NCBI GenBank assembly: GCA_021432655.1
Contig: MU271603.1
Span: 1 to 40,479 of the forward strand
Reading direction: 5' to 3'
Length of the DNA stretch: 40,479 bases
From: Atractiella rhizophila
Lineage: Eukaryota
Positions 1 to 12,057 of this stretch are shown piece after piece; position 1 is the first letter of the stretch; every line of letters begins with the position of its first letter. A program made the translations under genes and the position numbers. The notes under the pieces are model-generated. The model saw nothing but the letters and a program-made list of their open reading frames with translations, did not search any database and was not told the DNA's origin.

Positions 1-365
1 TTTTTTGCAAAGCTCCAGTTCTGGGGGTTCTCTTCGTCATCCGAGCCATACCAATCAACAAGATTGGGGTCAATTTTTTCCTTCTCGAATGTTTTATCGC
101 CGATGGTTCCTTTCCTGCAATCCTCTGGATCTGCAAGAGTGCATGATGAATTAAAACATCCATTCAGGTCGCTGCCTTCTGCATGCAAATCATTGCAACA
201 CTTCAAAGTAGAGTTTCGAGAGGTTCTGGGAAGGTATATGGGGGGAACCACAAAGTCGTTACGCTGCTCCTGGTGAGGAAAGAGGCATCCGCGTGAGAGG
301 TAGTGCAAGCAAACTCCAACGGAGGAGTCACGAAAGCAAGAAGTAAGTGCTTTGGTAAAGGACAT
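1..365 (-). CDS. N-terminus of an MFS drug:H+ antiporter (DHA1; Flr1/Caf5/Mdr1-like); runs off the window start
   Basis: Not in the ORF track. Manual translation from ATG at 365: MSFTKALTSCFRDSSVGVCLHYLSRGCLFPHQEQ...EKIDPNLVDWYGSDDEENPQNWSFAKK. VDWYGxDDxENPQNWS is the typical pre-TM1 motif of fungal DHA1 transporters. Confidence 0.85.
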   Translation of the reverse strand, partial: MSFTKALTSCFRDSSVGVCLHYLSRGCLFPHQEQRNDFVVPPIYLPRTSRNSTLKCCNDLHAEGSDLNGCFNSSCTLADPEDCRKGTIGDKTFEKEKIDPNLVDWYGSDDEENPQNWSFAK

Positions 366-408
366 GTCGACGTCGAGTGAAGCAGTTGTGAACATCGAAG
401 GGAGGGGG

Positions 409-414
409 TTTATA
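409..414 (-). promoter_or_regulatory. Candidate TATA box of the DHA1 gene
   Basis: TATAAA on the minus strand ~45 nt upstream of the ATG at 365. Confidence 0.45.
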
Positions 415-1977
415 AATGTCTCTATGTGCTGCCCATAGCTGGATGCACCACCAGCCAGTCCTCCGACCTCCTCTAAGCATCGGACATATGTGAAATAGAA
501 ACCACATCACTCCTGCAATTGCGTGCCCACAGTATATAGCGCAATAGCCCTGGGGTCTACGGAGGTTGGCTGAGCCAACCAAACTCGGCGTTTAGAGTGG
601 TGCCCTCCCCCGGCTGCGTGAGAGATGAGACAGTCACTCGCGTCAAACTTGAAGATGACAGAATGTGTCGGTTAATGACCAACACAGACCAACTTTCACC
701 TCACGGGACGTTTGTGTCTCTTCCACTGGCAAGCGACTAGTAGAACATGACAACTTGCCAGCATCACCATGTCAGCGCCCAATCTCAGCCAGGAGCCATC
801 TGTACATGAAGAATCTAATAAAAGGAGCCCATCCTAGCTATTCATTGTAACTGGCCTTGCCTGAAAATCTTGCAGGTAACCTGCGGTAACTAGTGAGAAC
901 TCACGATTCGAGGGCAAAAAATAATGTCGCTCCCTCCAGCTCTACCACTGCTTTCTCCTTATACTCAACATTCAACAAAGATAGGGGCTCAGTCGCTTAG
1001 ATGAGGCTGAGAGGATTTACGATGCAGAGACTAAGCAAGAGTGAAGCTCCCATCAAGACGAACTAACGTCGTGGTCGTGCTTTTAGCTGTTCGGTTCCGA
1101 CTTTGCTGCTTTGCAAAGAAGGGATTCATCTGGAAAGCAGCAGCAGGCAGGGCGCAACATTCCTGTCCTTGTGATGAATACGTATCTCCATTTCCAGATT
1201 ATAAGACCTTGCCACTGTAAACAAGATTGAGGATTCGCTCTCCACTCATTGTCACTAGAATTTATAAGAATTATGAGCTAGACAAACTTCGACCGCGAAG
1301 TTGTTGAACAAGGGCTGAAGCTTGAAAACGAAAGCAGCCAGAGATGCCATAGGAGGAGCACAAGGCTGAAAGATCATAGCCACGAAGAAAGAACGAGTTA
1401 TACGGCACTATATCTTCTAAATCTTTCAAGCACAGAACACAAGTTTCCCTTTCCAAATGTGACCGCAGAGGGATTTTCATATACTGAACAAAATCAGAAA
1501 GATGAAAGAAAGATCGAAGTGTATGTGCATCAGCGTAGAATTAGTCTCTTCAGTCACTGAACTGTGAACAATCGAACGAGGGAACGAACGGTATTAAACA
1601 GGTTGAGGATGGAAGAAAGGAGCGACGACCCAGTGATAGATGTCTGAACGAATCCACAAGAGACCAGAGGGCAGAAAATAAAGAGGTATTGAATGTATGT
1701 TTCTTTGGAACCGAACTGAGCAACGCAAATCTTGAGTGTCCACCAACTAGGCGTGCTAGGGGGAAAATAAGGTAGGTGTATTTACGTTCTTTGTTGGTTG
1801 GGATATGAGAAGACACTGAACTGGTTGGGGGACCAACCTCCTGCTACTATGGTCAATCGAAGGAATAAATGGTCTGTAGAAGAGAGGGATAACATCGACA
1901 AGGCAAGATAAGGGAACGTATTATTCAATGAAGAACTAAGTTGTTCCAGCAAGTGGTTACTGCTGATATCACGTGGA

Positions 1978-4900
1978 TCACTGAGTCGCGAGTTGGGGAG
2001 AGATGTTGGCTGGTGTTTCGAAGGATGATGGTTCGGCAATTTCAATGCCCTCGAGCTCCTCAGTTGCAAGAAGCTTTTCGACTGCAGCAAAATTAGTTAA
2101 TTTCTGAAAGCGCTGTGACCACCTACTCGCTATCAGGTGTTTCGAATAAGCAGAAGAATACTTCCGGAGGTTGACAAGCTGTTGATTCGTCTTTGCAACC
2201 AACATCTCACGTTGTTCGCCCGAGACGACGAGAAGGAATTTCTGGCCACCAGAGTCAGCAATGGATGTGCATGGATGTGCCCATACCTGGAGAGGGTAAT
2301 TTGCAAATTGGTCTTTCAACATCGCTCCAATGGTGGAGGATCCATCATGTTTAGGCATCAGAATCTCGTCGACGAGTTGTTTTCTCTCTTCCTCGTTGGC
2401 GTAAACGATGCACTTTTCGACCACATTCGAGGCAAATTTGTGTTTGCTCATGTGGAGGACTTGACCACTGATCTTAGAAATGACGTTGGATCTATCAGCC
2501 GGCTCCCCTTTCTCCAGCACCCATTGAATCACGTACTGTATCCCTCATCAATCGCATGTTGGGGAATAAGGAGGGAACTAACGTTGCCATATTGGTCCTG
2601 CATTAAGTTCTGGGTGTAGCGATGCAGCTCATCGAGCAAGCTTCGCGTCTCAGATAATGGACAATTCTCGAACACACGCTGAAGCACCCGACAACCGTAG
2701 GGGTGGGTTGCTAGGCTATAAACTTGTCCAACACAAGCGTTGGTGATGAATTGAATGCGATCAGTCGGTATACGCTCAAGCGCTCGTTGGATTACGTGGT
2801 TCGCGTTCATGTCTCGAGCACATTTCAGTACGTGTCCGTCAAGCTCGGCGACCAAGGCGATCTGTTGCTCGAGTGGGATACATTCGAGGGCCTGTTTATA
2901 TTTGTCAGCAATCATAATGAGAAGTTGGCTGGGCAACTAGCCTTTTGGATCACACGGCATCCGTACATCTGCAACGAGAGTCGGAGGACATGGCCGTGTA
3001 AGGCGTTAGCCAGAGCAGCCCTTTGCGCAGGAGAACCTTGCTCAAAAAATTTCTGAACAACATCTGTAAGGATTCAATCAGCCCCGGTAATGGATGGGGA
3101 TAATGGTACTGACAGTTCGCAAATACATCAATTGATAGCTGAAGCACACTGGGTAAGAGCTCGTCAAAAGCCAACTTCTTTTCTTCAGGAGTGGCAGTCT
3201 CGAGCTTGTGCTGGATATGCCTCGATCCGAGCTGATCAGAAGCAAATTCGATGAAGTGATTGACGATGTCCTAGATACAACACCTGAGATCCGCCTCTAA
3301 AGCTGGGGAATCCGGACTCACTGTAAGCTCCCATTTCCGGTGTCTGTTGGTCCTAAACTCCTCCAAAAGCACGCTCCGCTGCTGCTTCATCCTGTCGTCC
3401 TGCATACTCGGCGCCCTGGAATGATGCCCAGCATGACCAAGGTGTTGGGGAAATCCCATGCCGAAAGGGGCCCCACCACCGATACCCATAGGAGGTGGGT
3501 GTCCATGACCTAGCACTGGACTTGGAAAACCAGAAACGTTCATCCCAAAATCCATAGAATGGGGTCTCATCATACCACTTCCAGGTGTATGGCCCCTTCT
3601 CATCATGTTCATGTTAGGCATTTGGGGGCTTGGCACGAGGACTTGAGTGGGAGGCAGCTGACGATAATCGAAAGCTGGGCTGGAGGCAGAACTGTCAGGT
3701 CCAAGAGGAAGGTGAAACTCTGGCATGACGAAGGGTGGGACAGGAGACGGAGTGAGATGAGGTGGAGGTGGCATCTGGGGAGGCATCAAAACCGGTGAGT
3801 AGAGATAATTTCGGCCGTCTGACATGCTCCATGCACTCTGAGTTTTTCTGAGCGTTCGCGTATCCTGTGGATGAGAAGGCAAAGGATGAAGAACTTGTGG
3901 AGGCCGAGGTGAGGATACCAGAGGAAAATGCTCCCTGTTAGGTGGGTTGGGCAAGGATGGAGGATGGTTGGGATACATTGGAGCCTGGGGAAAAGAGAAG
4001 TTGGCGTTTGACTGTGGTTGAGGTATGACTTCGCTGGGAAAGTCCATCCCTCCCAACCCGAACGTGTCCATCCCAACTTGCCCAGACATCAACTGGTTTC
4101 TCATTGCCTGCGTCGGCACTCCAGCAATACTCTGCGATCTATTAAATGTTGGTGCAGCCCCCATCCCGACAACAGCCTCCGAGGCCCTTCTGGTCTCCTC
4201 TTCTTTACCTCCCAAGGCAAGGCTTCCAATCCCCGCAGCAAGTTCTGCTTCGTAAGGATCGTCAACGCTTTCTTGTATAGTCGATGTGGTAGGAATGTAT
4301 CCCGCGGGGGTTGTATTCATCCGCTGAAGTCGGGGTTGAATCTGAGTGGTAGCTTGCGAAGGCTCTAGGCCCTCAAAGGAAGATATAGACCTGTTGTGAG
4401 GACGAATTGAGGAGAGACCGGTGGCTGTATTGGAGCGAGCATGCGATGGGGTACTGTAGACCGGCGTTTGACCTATTCGCCACAGGTTTGTCAAGGAACA
4501 TAGATGAAGAAGAGAGCGTACTGTTGCGAGTTGCAGATGGATCCATTCGACGATTAGTAATGGGGGACGTCGAGGCAGACCTAGTATGCGAATGGGTAGA
4601 CGACTGATTGGTCTCTTCAGTCGCAGGCTCTTCAGGGAGATTTCTCAGGGAACCGATAGAGGAGCCGTAAATTCTCGAGTTCTGGTGATAATACCCGTCC
4701 TGGAAAAGACAGAAGTAAGAAAGGAATTATGGAAGCAGATGGTGCCGACTCATGTAGCAGGAATGCAGTGTTTACAATTTGCAGATCTCAATCACAAGAG
4801 CTTCAAATGAGCTCAAAGTTGCATTAGCCTTCGGGTCTGATTCTACAAACCATCCAAAACAGTGGAAATAACAGAAAGAAGGCACCGAAGTTGTAGCAAA

Positions 4901-7542
4901 GTTCTTCCACAATTGTTCCACGCCGAATTTAATCATGCACCTGAGACAGTCATTTCTGCAAGCTACTCCGCAGGATACGAACTCTCCCATCAAATGGACA
5001 AGATACTCAGAACCAAATGTAAGGTGAAACTCAGAAACGGCGTCAATGAACGAAAGGGGCGCCAGGGTGACTTGCAGCCAGCACAAATATCTGACGTCGT
5101 GACTCCTTCCATGCAGAAGGTGCTGCGTTGCACAGAAGCGACGGTGACGAAAAAGCAGGTGATCAAATCGATGAAATACGGAAGAAGTGGAATGGCCATC
5201 GTGATATGAAGAGATTACAATGAGAGGCTCTTCGGCGTGAAGGTCCACTCAAATGGTTCTATCCACCGCCGAAAATCTCTCGGCCGTCAAGCTTCTTGTG
5301 AAGTCACCGATTCCTTGGACGTGAACTGTACGAAGTTCTCATAAAAATGCCCATTACTCTTGATGGGGCGAGGCATTGAACAACACAGTAACACGGGCAA
5401 GGCGTCGACTGAGCATCTGCAATCATGACACCACAATTTCCTGGAGTCGCATATTGCACTCCTTTATTTCAGCGCCATCACCCAGGAAACCAATTCTCGG
5501 GAGACTGAAGTATTTCCTGTTGGTTTTGTTGAAGGGTAAGATGGGAATAACCATTAAATCAAGTTTCCCTCGTTGCCCGCGCCATTTTTGCAAATGGAAG
5601 GGTCGGGATAATTGTTGACTCTGTTATGACCATGAGACCAATATAAGGGTCACCCGGCCGTTTGAGATTCCACCGAAAACACGGTGGTCATTTACTGGCT
5701 AGGCACCTCAAGCAATGAAGCACCGAGCGGGCAACATAACGCTGGTGAGACGTACGACAAAGCAGAATGCAAAACGCCACAAAAGCTATACAACGGTCTC
5801 CCGAGCAGGGATCAATGTTTCAATGATTCGTCGAAAATAAGGATCATTATACTGTAAGTAGATGATGACGTTTCAAGATGATGCACGAGGTCAAGCTTGA
5901 AAGCGATTGTCGACAAACGCTGAGGAAGTTCCAAATTGGACCGTGATATCAGCGGAGGGCAACACACATTTCTATACAGGATACGACTATATTCGGTAGG
6001 ACGGAAATAAAGTAAGAAGAGGAACTGTAAAGAAATGTGTAATGAGTAATACCTTCCGCATGGAATGTGGAATATGAGCCAGCTTATTTTCTTTATTCAT
6101 GAAATCAAATGTGTCTGAAGGCGGACTGCCCCGACCAGCTTAGCAACAGAACAAAACAAGTGTGAACTGCAAATATTCCAGATCTCGTTCCGGTTACACA
6201 CTTCAGAGTATGAGAAAGTTGCCAGTTCAATAATCTGCCTCCGTCACCTCTTTTACTGGAGACAAGTCATGATCCACACAAACCCTTTTCATGAGCAATA
6301 GACGAACACCAACCCTAAAACAAACGGTGCAGCTGCTAGATTCATCAAGGCGCATAGTATCTTGGACAAATCGGAACACTGATTCTATGTTATCTCGGAG
6401 GTTCCTCGGGGGTCAGGAAGCAAGGGAAAAGCATCAAGCTTCGCTGCAAGTTCCACTGGGCCTTCAATATGCTGTGCAGCTGTGAAAACTTGTGACTTTC
6501 TACCGATGCAGCCGTCATACTGCGAGCACAGAACGGTCACAGATGACAATTCGACCGCAAACTCTCTGGTATAATAAAGGAAGACGAGAAAGTCAAGAGA
6601 GAGCCATTGCGTCCAACCTTGCCTCCAGAGGCAACTAACATGATGACCCGGCAACAAATAGTGCATGACAGAGGAGCACGACGGACGAGAAATTAAAAGA
6701 GTCTCTGCCAAGCTTCCATACGAAAAAGAGGTAGTCAGAGAGGAAGCAAAAAGTCGCCGCCTTCCCTTCTAGCAGTCAACGGAGATGAGGTCCTGAGCTC
6801 CATACTCACAAGAGCACGTTCACTATCCTCGGTCCCCAATTTCTTGAAAGCTAATTCAAATGGTCGAAAGATCATGGTGAGTGAAAAAACAGTGCCTCGG
6901 CATATTGGCGACGCAAGCTCAGGCTGACTCGACCACACTGAGCTGGTACATCCCACTTTGAAATCAGCAAGAATGCCGCGCTCTCGCCACGTCCCCATAG
7001 CTTTCCGGCTGCGCACAACAACGCCACGGGAGGCTTAGGTTGCCCCAAGCAAACATAAACAACATGAACAAAACAAGAGGCAAAACATCCCCCCTTTCCC
7101 ACACAACACACTGAGAGAGAGAACGCACCTCAGATGTCTTAACTCCCCATGAGTGACCAAGCACCGGCGCGCTCCCCTTCCTCCCTCCGGTTCCATTCAC
7201 GTACGCTGCTCCGCCTTCATTTTCCTCTTCCCAGCCAGACCCTCCCAATGCACCACTGCCGACGGGAGGCGTACCTACCGGTTCTGGCCTGTAAGCGAAG
7301 AAGTCACCACCCTCGCGACCTCCCACGGACCCGGGCGTGGGAGGGTTGCGTGTGCCGTTGTTCGCCCCGTTGGCGTTGTTTGTGCTGGGGATGGTGGATG
7401 GGACTGGAACGGACTTTAGGCCGGTGTTGAGGAGGTTGACCGACGGGAGTTTGCCGAGATGGAGGGAAGTTGGATGGGAGTATGAGGTTGGGAGGGTGTC
7501 ATAGGATTGACGGCGGGTGCCGAGTGGACGTGTAGATTCCAT
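1978..7542 (-). CDS. Pumilio/Puf3-type PUF RNA-binding protein, multi-exon
   Basis: Eight Puf repeats across spliced exons at ~2070-3270: [72 protein letters not shown]. They are preceded by [17 protein letters not shown] and a long P/G/M/S-rich low-complexity region. The proposed exon 1 (7542-7129, phase-0 donor GTGCGT) joins in frame to the acceptor TTTTCCAG|GAC at 4699. Stop at 1978. The exon 1 link is less certain than the Puf domain. Confidence 0.9.
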
Positions 7543-9678
7543 ACTTCTTGATTCCAGTCAAAATTGATGACAAGTGAGAGGAGACAGAGAAGAGATACGA
7601 ACGATTAGGAAGTACGTAGATTAGGTAGATCGTTGGATTAGATAGATTTTGTCCGTTGAAAAGTTTGAGAAAAGGTGTTAATGAATTTACAGATCCCTTC
7701 GAACTCCCCACAAGCGCCAAAATAGCAGCGAGCAGAACCTCTAACTGGCAGTGTATTAGTTATGCGTGTCAGGACGTGTGACGCTGAGTCTGAAGGAGAG
7801 AAGAAGCTGGACCGGGAAGTGTTGGTCGTTTGCTTTGCTGAGCAAGAGAGGTCGGCGCAAACAAGGTGAATTTTTCGAACCTTCCTTCCTTCGACTCTTC
7901 GACGACCAACCACAGAAACTTAGCTGTCGGCCTAGCTGTTACTAGTGGTCAACTGGAATATCTGGACACTCAGAATGTGGAGCCGTCTCAGATGAGAATC
8001 CTGTGAGAATGGAAGCCGCCGTTCGAAGGAAATGGCCGGGCGAAGCGGATGGAGGGACGCTGAGGGAAACTTCAAGCCCCAACCAAGGTCGGCCGTCCCT
8101 CCATCTTTCAGCACTTTTGCTCCGCCGCCGGGTTGGGGTTGTGTCATTCGATACTTTGAAATACGAAGCGTGGAGGTACTTATTGTGTTGTTGCAATAGT
8201 GTTGAGTCTTTCGCTTGTCTTCGAGAAGACGAACAACCATTGCAGCAACGTTGAAGGAAGTGCGATTCAACTCCCACACGGAGCCTAGAGACTTAGCTCC
8301 CTGTTATACTAGCTAGAGAGGCAACAAGGAAGGACCCTCATTGACATCTGCCCATCTTTATAAAAAGTTTCCGCTGATTGGAGCTAGAGAACTTGAAGGA
8401 CAGCTTACTCTAAACTCCTTATTTTATCATTCGTTGGCCAAAAATCGACCTTACTTCCCTAACGCGGCTGCATGAATGTATCAAAGGTACCATTAAGCCC
8501 AAAGTAAGATCGACTCATATGTCCAGGAGCAAAGCCAGTTAATGTCGCGTTAGTGGGTGCTTGCTATCAGGCGCTTCCCAGGCCATAGGGCGCGTTTATG
8601 AAGAAATACTTGAGAAGGATTCCAACAACGTATTGCAAGGGTCCACAATAACGTAGGATTCCAGAGGGTCGTAATAAGCACGATCATTGCGAGAGGGATA
8701 TGAAAATAATCGGCGCTTCTTTGCGAGCTTACTCTTTGGTTTGTGATCTGTCGGCGCGAATGAAGGCTCTCATGGATTTTAAACGTCGTTATGAGGTTAC
8801 TTTTGTTCATATTGTGTTTCGGTTCGATGACCTGCAGAGCCAATCCACGTTCACTGTTCTAGCGTCCTTCGCTGGTTTTTGACGCCTTTTGATCGTGTCC
8901 TTATCCCTCCAGCTAGAACTCACTTGGGCATGCCTTGTGTTGCTGTTGCTTGTTCATGTGTCTGGAAGGGCCACAGGAATTAGGGTTACTGAAGAAGTCA
9001 CGACTGTGGACCAGAGAAGACGCTGCATCAATATAACACAAATCGTAAATAATGTATCGTTGCAGCAATTTTAACAGTCGTTCTCTTTCTATGCACGACA
9101 GGATAGACAAGGAGTGTGATCCTGTTCCAACTTGGGTCCCTGCGCAGCCTACATCAGAAGGCGAAGAGCTTATCATTTGAATCTTTCTTCTCCCTCGCTC
9201 CTTGTTGCAAAGTGCATACTGAGGCTGATAAGTCGTACTGGGAACTCTGTTTCTCGCCCTCTTGCCCACCTGCTTGCCCGCGAACAATATATTCGTGCTC
9301 CCCTCTGAGTGTGGACTTTCCGAATCGTGCTTCACCTCATTTGGAATTGTGGTCTTGTGCATCTCTTTCAACTCAAGTGGGGATATATTAGCGCTGACTA
9401 GTGCTGACTCTTCGGCGCTCTCGCCTATCGTTGCTAATATAGACAATCACACCAGGACACACGCTATCTTATCTTAGCGCAATCAATTTCAGTGCGGCAT
9501 CCAGCTCGCTCAGATTGGTTGCCGCTGCGAGTAAAAAATTTGCCACAATCATCATGATGCGCGATGACCTTCTGTCGATATAAAGCAATGTATTCACAAT
9601 TGCTCCTTTCAAGCGTCCAGCTGTTCGCCATCAATCGCAAGCTTCCAACAGTCCAAGCTACAAGAGGGCAATTAAATA

Positions 9679-11533
9679 ATGTCTGGACAAGACAACACAG
9701 CGCGACCGTCGGTCGATCATGGCATTCCTGCCTCTTTCCCCTCAGACGAGAAGGTTTCTCCAACCAACACACAAGTCGGGGAAGCAGGGGAGATCGACTC
9801 TCTCCCAATTCATGCCCCACCAAGTCGGGTCCCCTTCTTCCGCTCAACAATATTTCAGATCATCGTCGTTGGAGGCGTCTTTTTCTGCGCTCCCGGGATG
9901 TACAATGCCCTCTCTTCTCTGGGCGCTGGTGGACTTGCGAGTCCGTGGTATGTCAATGCAACCAACGCAGCGGGCTATGCTTTCATGGCGGCTTTCTGCG
10001 TCTTTGGAGGCGTTATCGTGAGCTGGATTGGGGTGAGATGGAGCCTGTTGGGGAGTAGTTTTGGTGACCTTATGTGGGTTTATCACTTCCGCAAGGAATC
10101 AATACAAGAGTCAAATTCATGAGAGGGACAGCTATGCCATCAGCTTATATATCAATTCTAAGAACGGGACGCAATGGTTCCTGCTCTTTGGCTCCATACT
10201 CTCTGGCTGTTGGTACGCGCACCATCTTAGATCTCAGTCTACGGCTCATAACAATTGTCTCAGTGATGGATTACTCTACTGCGTCGAGGGACCCGTCATC
10301 ACTGCGTACCCAGAACCGGACCGCAGAGGACGCATGCTCGCTCTCTGGGTGTTTATGCGCTCTGCAGGTCCGGTCATTGGCGGCGCGATAATTTTCGGTC
10401 TCAACCATAGCGCGGATTCGACGGGAGCCGTCTCTTTGACCACCTACCTTGTCATCATTGGCATCAGTGCGGCTAGTTCCTTCCTTCATGACGTTCGGGA
10501 CGAGACCACTGAACCTTTTGATAGTGTGTGCTGGACCGTTCATCGCGCTCTTGATTTCCGCTCCGTCGAAGGTTGTGAGGAAAGATGGGCGGCCCATCAA
10601 ATTTCGAAAGATAACACCTATGGAAGCGACCAAAGGATGGTGGCGGTCTGTGATGTCACCCCAAGTATGTCACTCCATTTTCCTGGATGACGGCCGAACG
10701 TAATACTAGATATTGTTGCTCTGTCCTCTTTTCTTCACATCCTGGTTCTCCGGCTCGTATATCGGGACCCTCCAAACCCAATACTTCACGGTTCGCGCGC
10801 GGTCTCTCACCTCTCTGATCTCTCCCTTCGGTGACATCTTGGGAGGATTGGTCATCGGATATCTCCTCGATTTCAAGAAGTTGACGAGGAACCAACGTGC
10901 CAAATACTCCTTCATCTTCCTCATGGCCCTCAATCTTGGACTTTGGCTGTGGGCAGCCGTAATTACGAAACAGCTCAGAGACGATAGGCCAGAAATCGAT
11001 TGGACCAGTGAGAGGTTTGGAAGGACATGGGCACTTTTCCTGCTCTTTGAGTGCGTGTCTATTCCTACGAACCGTGGAATTATCCTGAAGGACTTGCGTA
11101 ACACGTAAGATTTTGTACCTTCGCAACCCAGACTGCGCTCTATTGGATTGTCGGGCATATGTCTGATGACATGAACGAACTCTCGTACATGACTGGCACT
11201 TTACGAGGCGTGGAATGTGCAGGACAAGCGGTAGCATATGGGGTGAAGAGCAGTGATACGAATGATTGGGTATCCGTTGGGCTTAACGTTGGTCTGAGTG
11301 GGTCCTCATGATTGCTGACCTTGTTCGTTCTTAACCAATGATTTTCTTGATATTGTGCAGTTGTCCTCAGCATCCCCACTGCGTGGATGGTCATTAGCAA
11401 GCTTGCAATGGTGGATCCGAACGAGAAAGGTGACGATGCTGAAAAGGGAGAAGGGTTCAAGGATGTGAAGCAACCGGAGAGAGCTTTTACGGAAAAGAGT
11501 TTGGACGACAAAAAGGGTAGTTTTGACTACTGA
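9679..11533 (+). CDS. UNC-93-like MFS membrane transporter, multi-exon
   Basis: RSTIFQIIVVGGVFFCAPGMYNALSSLGAGG, EGPVITAYPEPDRRGR and YFTVRARSLTSL motifs are characteristic of fungal UNC-93-like MFS proteins. Many hydrophobic helices and short GT-AG introns. Stop TGA at 11531-11533. Confidence 0.85.
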
Positions 11534-12057
11534 TGCTTGCGTGAACAGTAGTCATATAAACGAATGTAGCGATTTCGGTCCAGAATCTTTCAAGTTTTGA
11601 TGAAATAGGAATACAGTAGGATGTATTGGTGGGCTTTGGAAGTCTAATTCGATCTGAAGCAACGACATGCGCTAAGGATAAGCAACCGTTGCACTGAAAA
11701 GACTACCATCGCTGTCCAAGCTGAACAAGTATTTTCGTAAGACAGATTTGATACTCTCTGCAATCCAAAGTGGACGTTACAACCTTACTGTAACGGCCTT
11801 ATCCCTCTCAAACTGTTCAAGGTTTGATGCATTGACATCGATTATTGGCTTTTCAGTGGTCGGAAAAACATTCGTCAATGTTGGTGTTGAATTTATTTGA
11901 GAATTTGAACACTCATTATTTGCGTTTTAGGTGTATGTAATTCTGGCGACATCACATCAACTTATCTCATGTCTTGGCACAGAGTTCTCCCAGTTGTGAT
12001 CACAAGGCGGCGGCGCTTGCTTGCGTTTGAACTGGACGCCTGGGATCTCGAACCTTC

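Noticed and set aside
5862..5923. ATGATGA...CTGA suggesting a C/D box snoRNA
   Set aside because: It is antisense to the host intron, short, and has no terminal stem or recognisable rRNA guide.
8550..9446. Minus-strand ORFs of 177 aa and 97 aa
   Set aside because: Non-ATG starts, no recognisable motif and no convincing splice structure.
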